DNA of 64,000 nucleotides. Source: an uncultured Verrucomicrobiota bacterium. GTDB taxonomy: Bacteria > Verrucomicrobiota > Verrucomicrobiia > Limisphaerales > UBA1319. The stretch is taken from NCBI GenBank assembly GCA_964409245.1, contig CAYPCQ010000038.1:1105-65104 (forward strand), read 5' to 3'. A model generated the notes under the pieces. It was not told the DNA's origin. It ran no database searches and saw only the letters and a list, made by a program, of their open reading frames with translations. The number at the start of each line of letters is the position of its first letter. Position 1 is the first letter of the stretch. Made by a program: the position numbers and the translations under genes. Positions 25,291 through 36,000 of this stretch are shown piece by piece.

Positions 25291-27435
25291 CTATTGCGCG
25301 GGCCAGGCGGACCGGAGTTCGTGTACTTCCAATGCTGTGATCTTCGCGCTGCCGCCTTTGGCTTGGAGTGCAAGCGCAAGGTCGCCGGCTTTCGGAATGA
25401 ACGGCATCGGCACGTAGCACAGGCCGTCGCTGGCAAAGACTTCGAGGCCGGCACGGTCGCAGTAAATCGTGAGGCGCTGTTTGCCCTCGCGGAGCGGAGC
25501 GGGAGCGCGGTGCCCATGGACGGTGAGTTCCTGCTTCTGCGCGTCATAGGTGATCGTCGCACCGCGCACAGTGAGGGCAACTTCGGTCGCGTCGCCCGGT
25601 TCAAACTCGGCGCGAAGCTCAACCAGTTCAGACTTCACACCGGCGAGCGGATTGGCGGTGTCGGGCCGGAGCGTCACCGGGCCGGGACGGTGCGTCTTGG
25701 CATGCAAGGAGCAAAGCTCCTTGACCGGGGTGAAGGTCATGCGGGGGCCTTCCGCCGTGGCCGTGAGCTTGAGTTCCAGCGGGATCGTCATGGACTGGTT
25801 GAACGCCATCCCCGGCGTGGCTGTCTGGAACCAGCCGATCTGGATGCGGCGGCCGTCCTGCTCCGGAATGTCGCTGAAGGTCTGCGGCGCGTAGAAACCA
25901 CGGCCACGGTGGCCCGGCAGCCTGGGTGTCTCCGGCGTGAACTTCGTGCCGTCGAAAGTGCCGACCATGTATTCGCTGCTCGCGGCGGTGAGAACCCATT
26001 TCTTCTTCGCGGCGTCGCCGTCCACGGGCAACTCGAAGAAATCCGGGCACTCGAAGAAGCCAGCCGTCTCGCTCATCACCGTCCAGTCTATCAGGTTCGG
26101 CGAACCCAGGAATTGGATCGTATGGACTCTGTTCTTTTCCACGTAGAGGCACATGACCCATTTCTTCGCCGGCTCGTGCCAGATCACTTTCGGATCGCGA
26201 TTGCCGCCGGTGAGCTGCTTCACGACCGGGTTGCCGCTGAACTTGGTGTAGCTCCGGCCGTCGGTGCTGTGCGCGAGGCACTGCACGGTGGGATTTCCCG
26301 CCGCCGTATAGATGAGCACTTGCGCGGGCTGCCCCGGCATGCCGAAGCCGCTCGTATTTGCCCAGTCCACCACCGCGCTGCCGCTGAACATCGGCCCCAG
26401 TTCGTCCGGCGCGAGTGCGTCCGGTAATTCCTGCCAGTGAACCATGTCGCGGCTGACCGCGTGGCCCCAGTGCATGTTGCCCCAGTCCCAGCCGTAAGGG
26501 TTGTGCTGGAAAAACAGGTGATACTCGCCGTTGAAGAACACCATGCCGTTCGGATCGTTGTTCCAACCGCGCTTCGGCGAGAAATGGAACTGTCCGCGCA
26601 ACGGCTCGCGGTAAAGGTTCTCCCCGCCTTTGATCGAGTCGGCCTGCTCAATCGAACTCAACGCCGTGGAATCATCGGGCAGCTTGTTCACTTGCAGCGT
26701 AACCGTCTGGCCGCGCCACGCGCTCACGTCCATCGGCGCCCACCATTCCGGCTCCCCGTTCGCCAACTCGATGTCGTTCTTCACCTCGGCGCGTCCGTTG
26801 ACGAGCGTCGTGACCAGGCGCTTGGGCGCGCCCTTCCTGATCGGGAGGTTCAGGTAGCGCTGCTCGATCTTGAACTCGCGCTTCGTGTTTATGAGCAAGG
26901 CCGCCGGCTTGCGGCCGGTCTGAACGATCTGGTCCACGTTGATGTGGCCCCAACCGCCAGTCGCCTGGTCCACGATCTGGATGACGGCAGTCTTGCCCGC
27001 GAACTCGCTCACGTCCCACAACTCCGGCGCGAGGGCTTCGCTGCCGCCGGCTGTCTCGTTAGGGCCGGTGGCGGTGCGGACGGCCTTCCCGCCAATGAGC
27101 AGGTTCATGGCAAGCTTCTCCGGATTTCTGCCGCCGCCGAGGAGGAAGCTGATGAGCTTGCGCTCAATCTTGAATTCGGGCGACGTGAGCGTGCCCGTGG
27201 TGCCGTCGCCATTGAAGAACGAGTTGACGAGGCCCTTGCCCTTGAACCCGTCCACGTGCATCTGGTTGGGCAACGTGCCGCGCGCGGGTCCGGGGCCAAA
27301 GGCTTCGCCGGTCACTTTCCAGTTGCCGTAGTTCGCACCTTCAAAATCGGCAATGACGAGGTCGTCCACGGCACGCACTCTGGGCGCAGCGAGGGCGGTG
27401 ATACAGAGGAGGGTGATCTTGAGTAAGTTTTTCAT
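25291..27435 (-). CDS. Secreted GH32 levanase / beta-fructosidase with N-terminal accessory beta-sandwich domains
   Basis: Canonical WNNDPNG, FSGSAVVD, NRDPKV, FECPD and FYAPQTF. Signal peptide from ATG 27435. Confidence 0.93.
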   Translation of the reverse strand: MKNLLKITLLCITALAAPRVRAVDDLVIADFEGANYGNWKVTGEAFGPGPARGTLPNQMHVDGFKGKGLVNSFFNGDGTTGTLTSPEFKIERKLISFLLGGGRNPEKLAMNLLIGGKAVRTATGPNETAGGSEALAPELWDVSEFAGKTAVIQIVDQATGGWGHINVDQIVQTGRKPAALLINTKREFKIEQRYLNLPIRKGAPKRLVTTLVNGRAEVKNDIELANGEPEWWAPMDVSAWRGQTVTLQVNKLPDDSTALSSIEQADSIKGGENLYREPLRGQFHFSPKRGWNNDPNGMVFFNGEYHLFFQHNPYGWDWGNMHWGHAVSRDMVHWQELPDALAPDELGPMFSGSAVVDWANTSGFGMPGQPAQVLIYTAAGNPTVQCLAHSTDGRSYTKFSGNPVVKQLTGGNRDPKVIWHEPAKKWVMCLYVEKNRVHTIQFLGSPNLIDWTVMSETAGFFECPDFFELPVDGDAAKKKWVLTAASSEYMVGTFDGTKFTPETPRLPGHRGRGFYAPQTFSDIPEQDGRRIQIGWFQTATPGMAFNQSMTIPLELKLTATAEGPRMTFTPVKELCSLHAKTHRPGPVTLRPDTANPLAGVKSELVELRAEFEPGDATEVALTVRGATITYDAQKQELTVHGHRAPAPLREGKQRLTIYCDRAGLEVFASDGLCYVPMPFIPKAGDLALALQAKGGSAKITALEVHELRSAWPAQ

Positions 27436-27451
27436 AATGAGTACGATTTTC

Positions 27452-27895
27452 TTAAAATGAATGCTCGACTGTTTGCTGGTTGGCAATCCGGCCGCCGAGT
27501 TTAAGACCGAGGGAGAGATGAGTTCCGCCGTCCTCCTTGCGATAGATAGTCCGGTTGCCGCCCAACTCCGTGGGCAGCACCCAGGCACTCAAAGTGATTT
27601 TCGCGGCGGGCTTGAGTGCGGGCACATGGGGGATCGCCACTCCTTGAGTCGCTCCATCGAGCCGGAGCGCCTGGCCCAGCACGCCGGAAACCCGCTTGGG
27701 ATGGCCCAGCAAACGCCCGGGCGTGGGGCTGGTTCCGACACCGTTTGCAGCGTCACCGGCATCATCAAAGGTCCAGCGCGCCACAGGGCCGGGCGGCTCG
27801 GCCCCGGCTATGCCGAAAAAGGCCAAACTGGCCAGCCAGGAGATCCAGGCGCAGGAGGCAAAGCCTTTAGGTGTATGTTTCAAGGTAATGATCAT
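27452..27895 (-). pseudogene. Truncated secreted LamG/ConA-like domain protein
   Basis: Signal peptide, 'PVARWTFDD...GVLGQALRLDG...ITLSAWV...IYRKEDG', then the domain stops halfway. Confidence 0.6.
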
Positions 27896-27929
27896 GCTGT
27901 TTCCATAAGTGCAGCCAATAAAACAGCCA

Positions 27930-30900
27930 TCACCAGCAAGGCGCCTCGAATGTGTAATTGCCCGAGCTCACCTCATACACCGCGGCCTCCTTTTCAGAGC
28001 GAAGGAATTTCACCCCCCTGGCTTTGCCGGCGGGCTGGCCGGATTCCGTGACGTCCCCGGATTTGGCGGCCGGCACCACGACCGTAGCGGTGGTGTTCGG
28101 CGGGATGGTGACTTCGAGGCGCAGCTTGCCGGCTTCGCGCCGCCAGTTGCTGACGATTTTGCCATAGAGCGACTGGTGGGAGCACTTCACCCAGGTCAGA
28201 TTGCCGACGACGGCGGGCTTGACAAGGATGCGTTTGAAGGCGGTTGCAGCCGGATCGAGCCGGATGCCGCCCAAGCCGCGGTAAAGCCACGCGTCAACAC
28301 TGCCGAGTGCCGGGTGGTTGCGCGAACCACCGCCATCCCATGATTCCCACACCGTGGTGCCGCCACTGTCGAGCATATGAAGCCACCCGGGAAAATCCTT
28401 CTGCGTCAGCATCGCATAGGCCACGTCGTCACGCCCCTTCTCCATCAGCGTCTGGAACACATAGTACGTGCCGATGATGCCACTGCTGATGTGGTTGCTG
28501 CGGGTTTGTGTGATGTTTTCGAGCAGGCGGGCGAGCACGAGCTCCCGTTTGTCTGACGGGGTCATGCCGAAAGTGAGCGGCAGCGCCTGGGCGGTCTGGC
28601 TGTCCTTGGCATAAAGGCCGGATTGCGCGTCGAAATACTTCCGGTGGAAGACGGCGCAGATTTCATCCGCCAAGCGGGAGTAACGCGCGGCCTCGCCGTC
28701 CTTGCCCAGCAAACGGGCGACTTCGGCGACGATTCTCGCGTGCTGGAAGTAGGCAGCGGTGCCGACGAGGTGGTTTGGCGTTCCGGCCACCGGCAGCCAG
28801 TCGCCTTCGTTGGCCCAACTGATGTGGCCGGGAGACCGGGTGGCAGCGTAGGCGAGATACTTCTTCATGGGCTCGTAAGCCTCTTCGAGGATCCGCCGGT
28901 CGCCGTAGTAGCAGTAGTGCTTCCAGGGCAGGCGGACGAGCGCGCCGCCCCACCATGGATCGGAGAGAAAGTGGGGCGAGCCGTCGGGATTCGAGCGGCC
29001 CCAGCCGGGCGCGGGGGCGATGCAGGAGGCATGGCCGTTGGGATCCTGCACATCCAGCATGTCCCGCCACCATTTCAAGTAAAACCCGGGCATGCGGAAG
29101 TTGTAAATCGCCTCCTCCATGGTGATGTAACCATCGCCGGTCCAGCCAATCTTCTCACGGTGGGGGCAGTCGGTGGGAATACCGTGCAGGTTGGCCAACT
29201 GGGTGCGAAGGATCATCTCGTGAATCCGGTTGACGTCCGGATTCGAACAGGAGAACTCACCGGCAGGTTCCGGGTCGGTGTGGACCCGGATCACGACCAG
29301 ACTGTCGAGCGCCGGTTTCTCTTTCAGCCCGGTCACCTGCACGTAGCGGAAGCCGTGATAGGTAAAGTGCGGCTCGAAGGTCTCGTCGCCCGCGCCCGCC
29401 AGGATGAATTCATCGGTCTGGTAGCGGCCCAAGGTCAGGACGTGCATGCCGTCCCCGCCGAGCCCTTCGTTGAAGCCAAGGGTGATCTTGCGGCCGCGCT
29501 CGCCGCGCGTCGTCAGCCTCGCCCAGCCGGCGGTGTTCACCCCGAGATCGAACACGTACACGCCAGGCTTCGGCTCCGTCAGCTTGACCGGGCGCATCGA
29601 CGCGACGGCCCGGATGGGCGGATGAGCCTGCGCCTGCAAGCGCCCCTTCGGCGCAGGCATGATCCGGGCATCGGTCCATGCCGAATCGTCATATCCCGGC
29701 CGATCCCATCCCGGCATTGCCTTGCGCGCGTCGCAGGTTTCGCCACCCCGGATGCAGTTGTAAATGATCGGACCATTGGTCGAGACTTTCCAGCTTTCGT
29801 CGGAGCAGATCCTCGCGCTGGAGCCATCGGCATACTCCACGTCGATGCGCAGCAGCAGCCTCGGGGGCGCGATCCAAGGCGCTGCCTGGAAACCCCATAC
29901 GTCGGGAGTGGGCTGGTTGTACCAGCCGTTGCCAAGAACGACGCCGATGGCGCTCCGGCCGGGTTTCAACAACTTGGTGACGTCATGCGTCACATAGAGA
30001 ACGCGCTCGTCGTAGGCGGTAAAGCCGGGATCGAGGACGTGGCCGCCGACTTTCTGTCCGTCGATGGTCAGTTCGTAGTATCCCAGACCGCATAGGGTGG
30101 CCATGGCCCGCAGCGGTTGCTTCGGCAGATCGGCTTCCTTGCGCAGCATGACGGCTTCCACCTCGATGGCGCCGGGATGCGTGGTCCCGGTCCGGCCGTC
30201 CACCAGCCGCGCCTTCGACCAACCGCTGGTCTCGTTCTCGATCGCGTCCAAGGCGGTGACGTCCCTGCCAAGGGCCACGTTTCCGCCGGCCGCCATGACC
30301 TGCATTTCCGCCAATGCGAATCCGTAGTTGTCTTCATCCCGGTGGCACAGCTTCGTCACCGTCAACCGGACATGGCGGGCGGAGACTGGCGCAAAGTGGC
30401 AGGCAGGAGCCTCGGCGCCGGGATTCGGCACGTCCGCAGCGGTGAAATCGGCCACGGTTCGAGCGTCCGAGAAGTCCGCATGGCCGGCGACCTCGAGCTT
30501 GAACCGGACGGGGAACAAGTAGCCCGGAGCATCCGGATAGGGTGAAACATTGTCCCATCGCCGGACGGGGAACAGGTGCACTTTATCAATCTGCTGCGCG
30601 GCACCGAGATCAATGGCCACCCATTTCGGGGTGTCAGCGGAAGTGGCGAACACACTGTGGTAGCCATTGCCTCCTGGCAATGACCCTGACTCGTCCGCTG
30701 CGCCAATCCACTTGGCAGCCCCCCAGTCCGCCGGTGCGAGCAATCCCATCGACCACATGGCCGGTTCACTCCAGCCAGAGGGATTTCCGGTCTGGTCCCA
30801 CACGCGGACCTTCCAGTGGCACCGCATGCGCGACGCCAGCGGTTTGCCGGCATACGCGATGTGAAGCTGTTGGTCCGATTCAACCTTGCCGCTGTCCCAC

Positions 30901-31175
30901 AGGTCACCCTGGCCGGCGGCGATCTTCTCCGGGGTGCTGGCCACCAGCACCTGAAAGGCCGTTTGCGTCAGGCCCCTGGCACCGGCCGCAACGGCGCCCA
31001 TCGCCCACGACAAGCGCGGCGGCGTCACGTCGATCCCCACGGGATCCACTCGATACTCGCAGCGCAAACCGGCGGGCACCAGGCCGGCGGCGGCGCTGCC
31101 AGCCGGCAGACCCAGCAGCCAGCAAATGACCGATGCCACCAGTGTGGGAAACAACGTTTTGATTGTCATATTCAT
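27930..31175 (-). CDS. GH78 alpha-L-rhamnosidase with an inserted F5/8 (discoidin/CBM32-like) domain
   Basis: 'LRCEYRVDPVGID..PRLSW', GLGYYE, VLDPG.T.Y, FTYHGFRYVQ, PTDCPHREKIGWTGD, TTVWESW, SRNHPALG. Confidence 0.93.
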   Translation of the reverse strand: MNMTIKTLFPTLVASVICWLLGLPAGSAAAGLVPAGLRCEYRVDPVGIDVTPPRLSWAMGAVAAGARGLTQTAFQVLVASTPEKIAAGQGDLWDSGKVESDQQLHIAYAGKPLASRMRCHWKVRVWDQTGNPSGWSEPAMWSMGLLAPADWGAAKWIGAADESGSLPGGNGYHSVFATSADTPKWVAIDLGAAQQIDKVHLFPVRRWDNVSPYPDAPGYLFPVRFKLEVAGHADFSDARTVADFTAADVPNPGAEAPACHFAPVSARHVRLTVTKLCHRDEDNYGFALAEMQVMAAGGNVALGRDVTALDAIENETSGWSKARLVDGRTGTTHPGAIEVEAVMLRKEADLPKQPLRAMATLCGLGYYELTIDGQKVGGHVLDPGFTAYDERVLYVTHDVTKLLKPGRSAIGVVLGNGWYNQPTPDVWGFQAAPWIAPPRLLLRIDVEYADGSSARICSDESWKVSTNGPIIYNCIRGGETCDARKAMPGWDRPGYDDSAWTDARIMPAPKGRLQAQAHPPIRAVASMRPVKLTEPKPGVYVFDLGVNTAGWARLTTRGERGRKITLGFNEGLGGDGMHVLTLGRYQTDEFILAGAGDETFEPHFTYHGFRYVQVTGLKEKPALDSLVVIRVHTDPEPAGEFSCSNPDVNRIHEMILRTQLANLHGIPTDCPHREKIGWTGDGYITMEEAIYNFRMPGFYLKWWRDMLDVQDPNGHASCIAPAPGWGRSNPDGSPHFLSDPWWGGALVRLPWKHYCYYGDRRILEEAYEPMKKYLAYAATRSPGHISWANEGDWLPVAGTPNHLVGTAAYFQHARIVAEVARLLGKDGEAARYSRLADEICAVFHRKYFDAQSGLYAKDSQTAQALPLTFGMTPSDKRELVLARLLENITQTRSNHISSGIIGTYYVFQTLMEKGRDDVAYAMLTQKDFPGWLHMLDSGGTTVWESWDGGGSRNHPALGSVDAWLYRGLGGIRLDPAATAFKRILVKPAVVGNLTWVKCSHQSLYGKIVSNWRREAGKLRLEVTIPPNTTATVVVPAAKSGDVTESGQPAGKARGVKFLRSEKEAAVYEVSSGNYTFEAPCW

Positions 31176-31258
31176 ATCATTTTATGGTTTATACTGCATT
31201 GAGATCGCTGGTGTTTTCTTTGAGCGTTCCGGCTGGGCTGCATCTCCGGTTCATTCGC

Positions 31259-31420
31259 TTATTCAATCCCGAGTTCTGGCTGGATCTTCTCCAGCGCCCC
31301 CCCCGGGTTTCCGGCATGGCCATCAGCACCCAGACGAGCTGGCCCACCATGCACAGCGCGTAAAAGCCAAAGGCCATCCAACCCGCAAATGCCAGCGTTC
31401 CTGCGGCCAGCATCAGGATC
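31259..31420 (-). pseudogene. Second sugar-porter MFS C-terminal stump (frameshifted)
   Basis: 'AFGFYALCMVGQLVWVLMAMPETRG', then after a frameshift in a G-run, 'ALEKIQPELGIE*'. Confidence 0.7.
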
Positions 31421-31593
31421 TCCAGTTTTTCAAAGTCATGCCACTTATCATATATGTTAGATGTATCCAGGCAATACCTTTTTCGGCCTTTTTGCAATCA
31501 CCAGGGGAAAGGCCGCCGGCAGCGGTTGCGCCAGGATTGCCAGCAGGCTTATGGGCACAAGATCCTGGTGATGGAGGGTTCCGTCCATAGCCA

Positions 31594-31828
31594 TATTTAC
31601 GCGGAGGATGTCCGCGCTTTGCTCGGCAGCACCATTACCTTTGAGCTGATCCATCCGCAGGATTTCCAGGCCGCCCTGGAACTCCAAAAGCTGCCTGGCC
31701 TGCCAATGAGCGGCTCGCTCAACCTCGCCCCGGCTAAACGCTCCGGCATTCAGAGTATTGCCACCGCGGACCAGCGCTTTGAACCAGTTCAAAGCAGCCT
31801 CGTTTCCAGCCCCACCACCACTGCATAA
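31594..31828 (+). pseudogene. Second, more decayed copy of the PIN-toxin relic
   Basis: Aligns to 12804-13038 at offset 18790. The conserved 'NDS' has become 'SGS'. Confidence 0.8.
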
Positions 31829-31901
31829 CCCCCTGATAAGCAACGGTTTCGTGAGCCAGAAACCGGGCATGGATAGGCCGTTGAACAGCCCTGGTTTTCC
31901 G

Positions 31902-32701
31902 GAAACGCAACGCCTGGAGGGTGGAAAAATTCGATCCACCTCCCAGGGAGCAGTGATCCAGAAGGCGATCAGAGCCGGACTTGGGCGAGGTAGATGGCGG
32001 TTTTGCCCTCGTGGCTTGAAAAATAGCTGACCCACAACAAACCAGCGTGCCAAACCAGGCCGGGGTAGCTGGCATCCCCGCCGGAGGGGAGCTTGAGGAA
32101 TTCGGTGAGGGCCGGTTTCTGCCAATCCAGCCACGCCAGCGCGGTGCGCACCTGGCCGTCATACAAACGGACGGCCGCCACCAGGCGCGCGTCCGGCAGG
32201 CGGATCAGCTGCAGGCCGCCGATTTTGACACCGAGATCGCGCCACTGCCATTGCGTGTACGGCGGAGCGGCGATCCCCAATTGGCCGGAGGCCTTTTCGC
32301 CATCCCGGCGCAGCAGGCACAGCACGGTGTCGTCGGGCAGGAAGGCCAGGCCGGTTTCATTGGGGTAACCTTCGGAGAACAGGTTCGGCACGGGGGATTT
32401 GAACTGGCGGCCATCCGGGCTGGCATACCAGCGGATGAACCGTTCGCCGAGGGTATCATAACCCACTCCATAGGCGGCCTCCTTGTGCCAGACGATGCGC
32501 CACAGCCATTGGTTCACCTCGGCCACGGGAACCGGCTCGCCCCACTGGCGGCCATCGTCCGAAAACCAGACCAGGGACTGATGTTTGCCAGCCGCGGGCT
32601 GGTGCAACGCGCCCGCGGCGCTCAAGTAAAGCCGGCCCTGGGAGGTGACCGTGATTTTGGGATCACGGAGATCCGCCGTGGGGGAGGCCAGCCGGGCGGC
32701 G
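31902..32701. repeat. ~800 bp direct repeat, copy 2; begins with the last ~55 bp of the GH99 gene
   Basis: Matches 16015-16814. Confidence 0.95.
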
Positions 32702-32952
32702 CTTTGCCAGTTGGTGCCATCGGCGGAGCAAAGCACCCGGACGGCGCCATCCGGCGACACATGCCCCTGCCCTTCCCGGAAGACGCAAAACCATTGGCCG
32801 CGATGATGGACGAGGTCGGTGAAGGCGTTGTGGGGGGCGGCATCCCAAATCCGTTGCACGCCAAGCAATTCGGCGGCGGAGACGGGAGACGGGGAGCAGG
32901 CCAATCCGATGGCCAGCAGGGTGGCCAGCCGATGGCATATCATTCTTTTCAT
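31969..32952 (-). CDS. Secreted BNR/Asp-box (sialidase-like) beta-propeller protein, intact copy
   Basis: Signal peptide, 'APHNAFTDL', Asp-boxes SADGTNW, SDDGRQW and SPDGRQF, 'DLRDPK', 'GDASYPG'. Confidence 0.85.
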   Translation of the reverse strand: MKRMICHRLATLLAIGLACSPSPVSAAELLGVQRIWDAAPHNAFTDLVHHRGQWFCVFREGQGHVSPDGAVRVLCSADGTNWQSAARLASPTADLRDPKITVTSQGRLYLSAAGALHQPAAGKHQSLVWFSDDGRQWGEPVPVAEVNQWLWRIVWHKEAAYGVGYDTLGERFIRWYASPDGRQFKSPVPNLFSEGYPNETGLAFLPDDTVLCLLRRDGEKASGQLGIAAPPYTQWQWRDLGVKIGGLQLIRLPDARLVAAVRLYDGQVRTALAWLDWQKPALTEFLKLPSGGDASYPGLVWHAGLLWVSYFSSHEGKTAIYLAQVRL

Positions 32953-33014
32953 AGACTTGCCAGGAGTTTGAAATCCAATTGCTTTGAACATTTTTCCCGA
33001 TAGTATCCACAGGC

Positions 33015-36000
33015 GTGAATAAATCGAGCCGAATCCTGTTTGCGGTGGCGGTTTTCTGCCTGCTTTTTTCGGGCACGGCGGGACTGGTTTATGAAGTGGT
33101 CTGGGCCCGCTACCTGGCCCTGTTCCTGGGCCACACCAGCCTGGCGGTGGTGGCGGTATTGGTGGCTTTCATGGGCGGCCTGGCGCTGGGCAATGCGCTG
33201 CTCGGAGGGATGGCGGACCGCACCCGGCGGCCGCTGGCTTTCTACGCCTGGCTGGAGATCGGCATCGCGGCCTATGCGCTATTGTTCCCCTGGTATTACG
33301 ATGGGTGCCACCGGGCATATATCGGGCTGGCCAAAAGCCTCGGGCCCGGCTCCGGCGCGTTGTCATACCTGCGCTTCGCCTTCAGCCTGCTGGTGATACT
33401 TTTGCCCACGGTGCTGATGGGCGGCACCCTGCCGGTCCTGACCCGGCTGGTCACCCGCTCCCTGGGGGAGCTGCGCGGCCGGGTGGCTTACCTTTACGCC
33501 ACCAACAGCACGGGGGCGGTCATTGGCTGCATCCTGGCCGATTTCTGGTGGATCCCGTCCTTCGGCCTGGAAATGACGGCCTGGGCCGGCGCCGCCATGA
33601 ACCTGGTGGCGGGGCTCACCGCTTTGATCCTCAGCGGGCTGTGGAACGAGGAAAAAGCGCCGCTGCAGCCGGTGTCCACCACCCGGCCCCCGGAGGAGAC
33701 GGAAACCTTCACCCCCGGCGAGCTGCGGCTGGCGGTGATCAGCATCGGGATCTCCGGATTCACCGCCATGCTCTACGAAGTGGTCTGGACCCGCATCCTG
33801 GCCTTGAGCCTGGGGTCGAGCACGCACTCCTTCTCCATCATGCTCATCACCTTCATCACGGGCATCGCGGCCGGGGCGTGGATCGTGGGGCGCTGGCGGA
33901 ACCTGCCCTCCACGATGACGGCCTTCGGCTGGGCCGAGCTGGCGCTGGCGGGCACGGTGACCGGTTCCATGTTTTTCTACGAATACCTGCCCTTCTGGTT
34001 TTGCCAGCTTTCGGAATTCATCGTCCGCAACGACCGCACATATGCGCTATACGAGCTGCTGCAGGGGGTGATTTGTTTCGGGGTCATGTTCATCCCCACC
34101 CTGTGCCTGGGCATGACGCTGCCGCTGGTGAGCCGCATCGCCACCGCCGAGCTGGCCAAAACCGGCCGGTCGGTGGGCAAGGTGTTCGCGGTGAACACCA
34201 TCGGGACCGTGCTGGGCGCGGCGGCGACCGGGTTGTGGCTGATGCCCCGCCTGGGGATGGCCTGCACTTTCGCCCTCGGCGCCGGCCTGAACGCGGCGGT
34301 GGGCCTGGCGATCCTCTACCGCAACAACCAGCCGGTCCAGCGTTTGTTGAGGCCCGCGCTGCCGCTGGGCATCGTGGCTTTGGTGGGGATCGCCAGCATC
34401 GCCTTGGACAGCCAATGGCGCCACATTTTCACCCTGGGAGCCTGGCGCCACCCGAACCCGCCGGCCACCATGGCGGAATTCCGGAAAAAGGCCCATGAAG
34501 GCAAGCTGCGGTTTTACGCGGACGGCTCGGGCACCACCGTAAGCCTGCACGAGAAGATGGAAGGCAAGGCCACCAACCTGTTCCTGAAGGTCAACGGGAA
34601 GACGGACGCCGGCACCCTGGGGGATATGCTGACGCAATTGAACCTGGGCCACATCCCCATGCTCCTTCATCCCAATCCGAAAGAGGCGCTGGTGATTGGC
34701 TTTGGCAGCGGCACCACCTGCGGGGCGGTGGCCCGGCACAGCAGCCTGGAACACCTGGACATGGTGGAAATCTCGCCGGACGTCATCGCCGCCGGCCAGT
34801 TCTACGGCCCCTACAACCACCAAGTCCTGAAGAACCCCAAATGCCGGCTGGTGATCGAGGATGCCAAGACCTTCCTGCAGATGACCGGCCGCCAATACGA
34901 TGTGATCATCAGCGAGCCTTCCAACCCGTGGATGGCGGGCGTATCGGGCATCTTCAGCCGGGAGTATTACGAGACCTGCCGGCAACGCCTGCGGCCGGAT
35001 GGGATCATGGCGCAATGGGTGCAGATCTATGAATCCAACGAGGCCATGCTGCAGATGATCCTCGGCACCTTCGCCACCGCCTTCGCCGACATCAGCATCT
35101 GGCAAGGCTCGGCGGGGGACATCATCCTGCTCGGCTCCAACCGGCCGCTGCCGGTGAATTTGGAACAATTGGAGCAGCGGTTCAACCGCCCGGAGCTGGC
35201 GGAAGATTACAAAGGCGTGGATCTCGCACGATTCCCGGTGTTCCTGTGCCAGGAGCTGATTTCCTCCGTCAACGGCGCCTTCCTGGCCGACCCGGGGGGC
35301 ATGGTGCACAGCGACTATTTCCCAACGCTGGAATACGTGGCCCAGCGGGCATTTTTCACCCGCACGGGGATCGAGTTCGCCCGGTTGTTCGGCGAAAACA
35401 ACTGGCCGCGGTCCACCACGCTGATGCAAATGTACCTCAGCTCCCACCAGCTCAGCGAGGAAGATTACCAAGCCTTCAGCCTGTTTCAAACCGCGCAGAA
35501 AGTGCCGGATTCCCGCCTGTTCCGCAGCCTCGTCAACCGCTGGCAGGCGGATTTCCCCAAGTCGGCATGGGCGATTGAAATTTCGGCGAAGCTGAGTGAT
35601 CCGCGGCCGATATCGGAGCTGGAAGCGACCCGGATGACAGGGGTGAAAGAGGTCATTTACAGCCAGGCGGCGAAGCATCCGCTGCTCCTGCAATATTATG
35701 CCAGCCATTTATGGCAGCGTTATATCGCGCAGCGCTCGGTGGTTTATCTGCCACCCGCGGAGGAGGTCTGCCAGGCCCTGGAAAGGCTGGTCAAAATCGA
35801 CGCCGCCAACCGGCGCGTTTACCGGCTGCAACTGGCGGAGATCGCCTGGGACAAAGGGGACGATACCGCCTGCTTCCGGTTGAGCCAGGAGGCGTTTGAT
35901 CCCGATGTGGAAAAAGGCGGCCCGCTGCAATTCACCCAGGATCCCAAAGCCCCCTCCCGCATCCTCGCCCGCCTGGCGGATACGCTCTGGCTATCCGGCA

